A stretch of 64,000 nucleotides of DNA from an uncultured Methanobacteriaceae archaeon. GTDB taxonomy: Archaea; Methanobacteriota; Methanobacteria; Methanobacteriales; Methanobacteriaceae. Below, one piece after another: positions 61,131 to 64,000 of this stretch. Position 1 is the first letter of the stretch; each line of letters begins with the position of its first letter. Below the pieces are notes generated by a model. That model made no database searches. It saw only the letters and a list, made by a program, of their open reading frames with translations, and was not told the origin of the DNA. Made by a program: the position numbers and the translations under genes. The stretch is taken from contig CAVUHZ010000012.1 in NCBI GenBank assembly GCA_963741475.1, positions 62,019 through 126,018 on the forward strand, written 5' to 3'.

Positions 61131-61565
61131 TTATCTGCGAATCAGTTCCCATGGTTCTACATCACCATCAACAAGAGTAAAAACAGGATTAGTATCGGGT
61201 TCTGTTAATTCTTTTATTTCACTGTACTTGACAGTGTCCCTTACTTTAAGTTTGGAACGGAGATGTTTGAGTTCGTATTCAATTTGTCCCCTTGTAACTT
61301 TAATCCTTGATTCTGTGAAATCTGGGCCAATCTTGTTTTTGTTGAAGTTGTAACACCTTAAAATGGAATCTCTGTATACATGGAGGAGATATGTATCGAT
61401 TGAAGCTAGAGGATTTTCCTGATTTTTAAATCTTTCAAGCTGAGGATGGTTCCTGTAGCCCTTTGTTTCCCCTTTAAGAACAGCCCTTGCAAGAAGTCCT
61501 TCCCTCCAAAGTGCCACAAGGCCCTTTGAATCCAGATATTTAGGATGCAAACTCCACAGCCTCAT
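61131..61565 (-). CDS. Pyrimidine-dimer DNA glycosylase (T4 endonuclease V / DenV-like family)
   Basis: The N-terminus MRLWSLHPKYLDSKGLVALWREGLLA..VL.G.TKGYRNHPQL.RF is the family hallmark as I recall it. Confidence 0.7.
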   Translation of the reverse strand: MRLWSLHPKYLDSKGLVALWREGLLARAVLKGETKGYRNHPQLERFKNQENPLASIDTYLLHVYRDSILRCYNFNKNKIGPDFTESRIKVTRGQIEYELKHLRSKLKVRDTVKYSEIKELTEPDTNPVFTLVDGDVEPWELIRR

Positions 61566-61623
61566 TTAAATCATTCCAAAAAATAATAATATTGAGAAAT
61601 TTTTTTCGAAGTTTGGATTATTA

Positions 61624-61938
61624 TTATTCATCAAACTGTGGATAGTTATCCCTTACTTCATGAACCTCAACTGTTGGTTCTACATCAAATTTTTCAAACA
61701 TTTGAACATCGGAAGATGTTTCCTCACTTTCCATCATTTTCTTCAGTGTTTCAGGATTTGCCCAGACAGTTTCAATAGTGTACAGATTAGGTTCTATCAT
61801 ATCCTTGAGAAGGTAGGATGCTATTAACCCTTCTGGTACTGTTTCATCTTTTAGTAATGCATAAGCTGCTTCAAAATCTTTTAGTGATGATTCTGGTATT
61901 TTACCCTTGACAAATGTTATTATCTCCATTCTAAACAC
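61624..61938 (-). CDS. Small hypothetical protein (possible ABM/Dabb-fold)
   Basis: 104-aa ORF. The size and beta-alpha-beta-like pattern are the only support. Confidence 0.3.
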   Translation of the reverse strand: MFRMEIITFVKGKIPESSLKDFEAAYALLKDETVPEGLIASYLLKDMIEPNLYTIETVWANPETLKKMMESEETSSDVQMFEKFDVEPTVEVHEVRDNYPQFDE

Positions 61939-62024
61939 CTTCCAATTTTTTTTATAAAATTTAATGAATTTCGGTTAAACACTGGGATGAACTGTGGTTT
62001 AATATAATGATCTGATTGTTAACC

Positions 62025-62420
62025 TTATTTAACAAGTAATACCGGTGCTTTTACCGTTTTTAAAGCGCTTTCTGCAACACTTCCGAGTATAAGCTTTTCA
62101 AGACCTGTTTTTCCATGTGTGCCTATAACAACAAGGTCAGACTCTGTCTTTTTAACAATCTTCTCCATGTCATGGGTCGGACTTCCAACTAGTAAAACCT
62201 CTTCAATTGTCAGTTCCTCTTTTTCAGCCTTTTCTCTGACCTTTTTCAATATTGATTTACCCTCGTCTTCTAAAACTTCAAAGGGGTATATTAGTTTGTC
62301 ATCTATTACGTGTACTACAACAAGAGTTGAATTAAATTTCTTTGCTATTTCAATAGCAATATCCTCGGATCTGGCTGCAAATTCAGAACCATCTGTTGGA
62401 ACCATTACTCTCTCGAACAT
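62025..62420 (-). CDS. Universal stress protein (UspA family)
   Basis: Contains MVPTDGSE...VVHVID...DLVVIGTHGKTGLEKLILGSVAE...APVLLV. Confidence 0.85.
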   Translation of the reverse strand: MFERVMVPTDGSEFAARSEDIAIEIAKKFNSTLVVVHVIDDKLIYPFEVLEDEGKSILKKVREKAEKEELTIEEVLLVGSPTHDMEKIVKKTESDLVVIGTHGKTGLEKLILGSVAESALKTVKAPVLLVK

Positions 62421-62523
62421 ACATCCTTCCCTCCTACAAAAAAATACTAAAATACTTTTAGAGCTATTTTTATGTTTTTATAGTAATTATTCTATCTTAA
62501 ATCGTTTGTTAAACCTTTTATTT

Positions 62524-63072
62524 CTAAACCTGCCTCAGATGGTCTCCAACAACGAAGTTTACACCACCAAGATGTAGAACTGGTTTGATATTCTCTACAT
62601 CGAGAAGACCATCTTTAAGTGAGTTTATTGCAGCATCTGAATGTACAACTTCACCTACAATTAGTTTATGGTCTCCTGAATCCTTGATCCAATATACCTT
62701 GCATTCTATGTGGGCTATACACTCTCCTATTTTGGGGGTCATAACATTAACAGAATCAATCTGTGTTAAACCTGCCTTTTCTATCTCGTTTACATCTTCA
62801 GGAAATTTTTCACCCATAACCCAAAGTTGGGAGAGAATATTCTCTGTGGGTATGTTGATTACAAATTCTCCTGTTGCTTCTATATTTTTAAAGGTGTGAT
62901 GAGTTGGTACAGATGCAAAAGCTATGAGTGGAGGTTTAACTGAAACCGGCATTGTAAATGAAAATGGTGCTGCATTTACATTACCCTCTCTGCTCTTGGT
63001 GGTTACAATTATTGTTGGTCTTGGTGCTAGCAACCTGTAGGCACTTTCCACGTCTGTTTGCTCAAATTCCAT
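62524..63072 (-). CDS. Flavin reductase-like FMN-binding domain protein
   Basis: Contains YRLLAPRPTIIVTT...NAAPFSF and the C-terminal LHLGG. Its start codon directly abuts the stop of the upstream atwA-like gene. Confidence 0.8.
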   Translation of the reverse strand: MEFEQTDVESAYRLLAPRPTIIVTTKSREGNVNAAPFSFTMPVSVKPPLIAFASVPTHHTFKNIEATGEFVINIPTENILSQLWVMGEKFPEDVNEIEKAGLTQIDSVNVMTPKIGECIAHIECKVYWIKDSGDHKLIVGEVVHSDAAINSLKDGLLDVENIKPVLHLGGVNFVVGDHLRQV

Positions 63073-64000
63073 TCAAACACCTGCCAGCTGTTTTCTCAGA
63101 TCTTCGAATCCTATGAGGTAGTCTGCATTACACATTTTAATAAATTCTTCACACAGTTCATGGGGTTCACCGTCGGCTAAAAGTTCTCCATCATCCATGA
63201 GAATTGCTCTGGTTGAAACTTCTTCAACGAAGTCCACATGATGACTTACCATGAGTATGGTTGTATTGAATTCCTTGTTGATCCTTTTAAGAGAGTTGGA
63301 AACAATCCTAAGTGTAACAGGGTCAAGATCACCGAATGGTTCGTCCAGTATTAAAACTTCAGGTTTTGAAGTTAGTATCAATGCCAATGTCGCTCTAACC
63401 TTCTGGCCACCTGAAAGTTCATAGGAACGTCTTTCAAGTATTTCCATGGGCAGGTCAAGTGCCTTGAAAACTGGTTCTGCATATTTTTTAACCTCGGTGT
63501 CTGGAAAGCTTGGGAAAAGTTCTCCAAGTATATCATGAGTTAAACCTACCTTTTCGAGCTTGTTTTTTGCCTCTGTTTCCGGAAGGTCTGTTAGTTGATA
63601 GAGTAAATCAAGAACTGCTTCACTTATACCCAACTCCTTTGCAACCTTTTTTGCATGTGCAATAACATTTTCACCCTTAACACCTAATCTACCGGCTATC
63701 TGGCCCTTTATGGTTGCATGGTGTACCAATGAAAATTCCTGGTGCATGAATCCTATTTTACGTCTTACATGCATTCGAACAATTCCAGGTTCCTGCATAT
63801 CAACCCAATCATGGTTGAGTTTGAATGAAACATCCCCACCATCAGGAACATCTAATCCTGCCATCATCCTGAGTAAAACAGTTTTTCCGGCTCCACTCTG
63901 TCCAATTAAAGAGATAATTTCTCCTTTTTTAACATCAAAATTAATATTGTCCATCTCCAGGACGTTTCCTCCCTTTAAAAGTACAAATTTCTTCTTGATA
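63073..64000 (-). CDS. atwA: Double-ABC ATPase, C-terminal half (methyl-coenzyme M reductase system component A2-like); 5' end lies outside the window
   Basis: The frame stays open from 63954 to the window edge. Walker A is GQSGAGKT. An unusually long insert of about 160 aa precedes the signature LSGGQKVR, and Walker B is LILDEPFGD. That long insert is what I associate with AtwA. Confidence 0.6.
   Translation of the reverse strand, partial: IKKKFVLLKGGNVLEMDNINFDVKKGEIISLIGQSGAGKTVLLRMMAGLDVPDGGDVSFKLNHDWVDMQEPGIVRMHVRRKIGFMHQEFSLVHHATIKGQIAGRLGVKGENVIAHAKKVAKELGISEAVLDLLYQLTDLPETEAKNKLEKVGLTHDILGELFPSFPDTEVKKYAEPVFKALDLPMEILERRSYELSGGQKVRATLALILTSKPEVLILDEPFGDLDPVTLRIVSNSLKRINKEFNTTILMVSHHVDFVEEVSTRAILMDDGELLADGEPHELCEEFIKMCNADYLIGFEDLRKQLAGV

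Noticed and set aside
1-64000. A search for tRNA, rRNA, other structured RNA genes, IS elements, integrases or prophage genes.
   Set aside because: No G+C-rich cloverleaf-sized segment, rRNA-like sequence, terminal inverted repeats with a transposase, or recombinase ORF was seen by eye. A tRNAscan/Infernal run would be needed for certainty.

Overview
This is a 64-kb chromosomal window from an AT-rich methanogenic archaeon. The organism looks Methanobacteriales or Methanobacterium-like, based on egsA (G1P dehydrogenase), cofC (F420 biosynthesis), an atwA-like MCR-activation ATPase, UPF0179, GGAGG-type RBSs and frequent GTG/TTG starts. I can support about 75 protein-coding genes. I found no rRNA, tRNA, CRISPR array, transposase or integrase.

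Gene content, left to right:
- An accessory-looking patch of small ORFans, led by a DUF4062-like / HATPase_c_4 / wHTH fusion gene with an ATGCACCA iteron cluster at its 3' end.
- A TetR plus Fe-S flavoprotein pair, and an ABC-2 exporter.
- A 902-aa PEP-utilising phosphotransferase with rifampin-phosphotransferase-type domain order, coupled to an unknown 310-aa protein.
- THUMP, MBL-fold, MFS and PNPOx-like genes.
- A transglutaminase-like Cys-His-Asp protein plus a small partner, divergent from arcA-arcC.
- Two-component signalling genes.
- A scattered metal-homeostasis set: ArsR-CDF, TrkA, CbiMNQ, ZIP, and NikR with a TroA-type ABC importer.
- Core housekeeping genes: rpiA, egsA, proS, cofC, thiD, paaK.
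- A compact oxidative-stress island holding three rubredoxins (all under 60 aa and absent from the ORF track), SOD, peroxiredoxin, ferritin, a DenV-like UV glycosylase, Usp and a flavin reductase. It abuts a partial atwA at the right edge.

The main window-scale observation is that at least eight single-nucleotide frame changes interrupt otherwise intact genes: ferritin-like, arcC (two), PAS histidine kinase (two), arsR, trkA and the MFS C-terminus. Most sit in short mononucleotide runs. This points to homopolymer sequencing error or very recent decay, not recoding.

The best candidates for undescribed biology are:
- the Rph-like phosphotransferase operon
- the DUF4062-like fusion protein with its iteron array
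- the transglutaminase-like pair

All family assignments come from motif recognition by eye. No searches were run.
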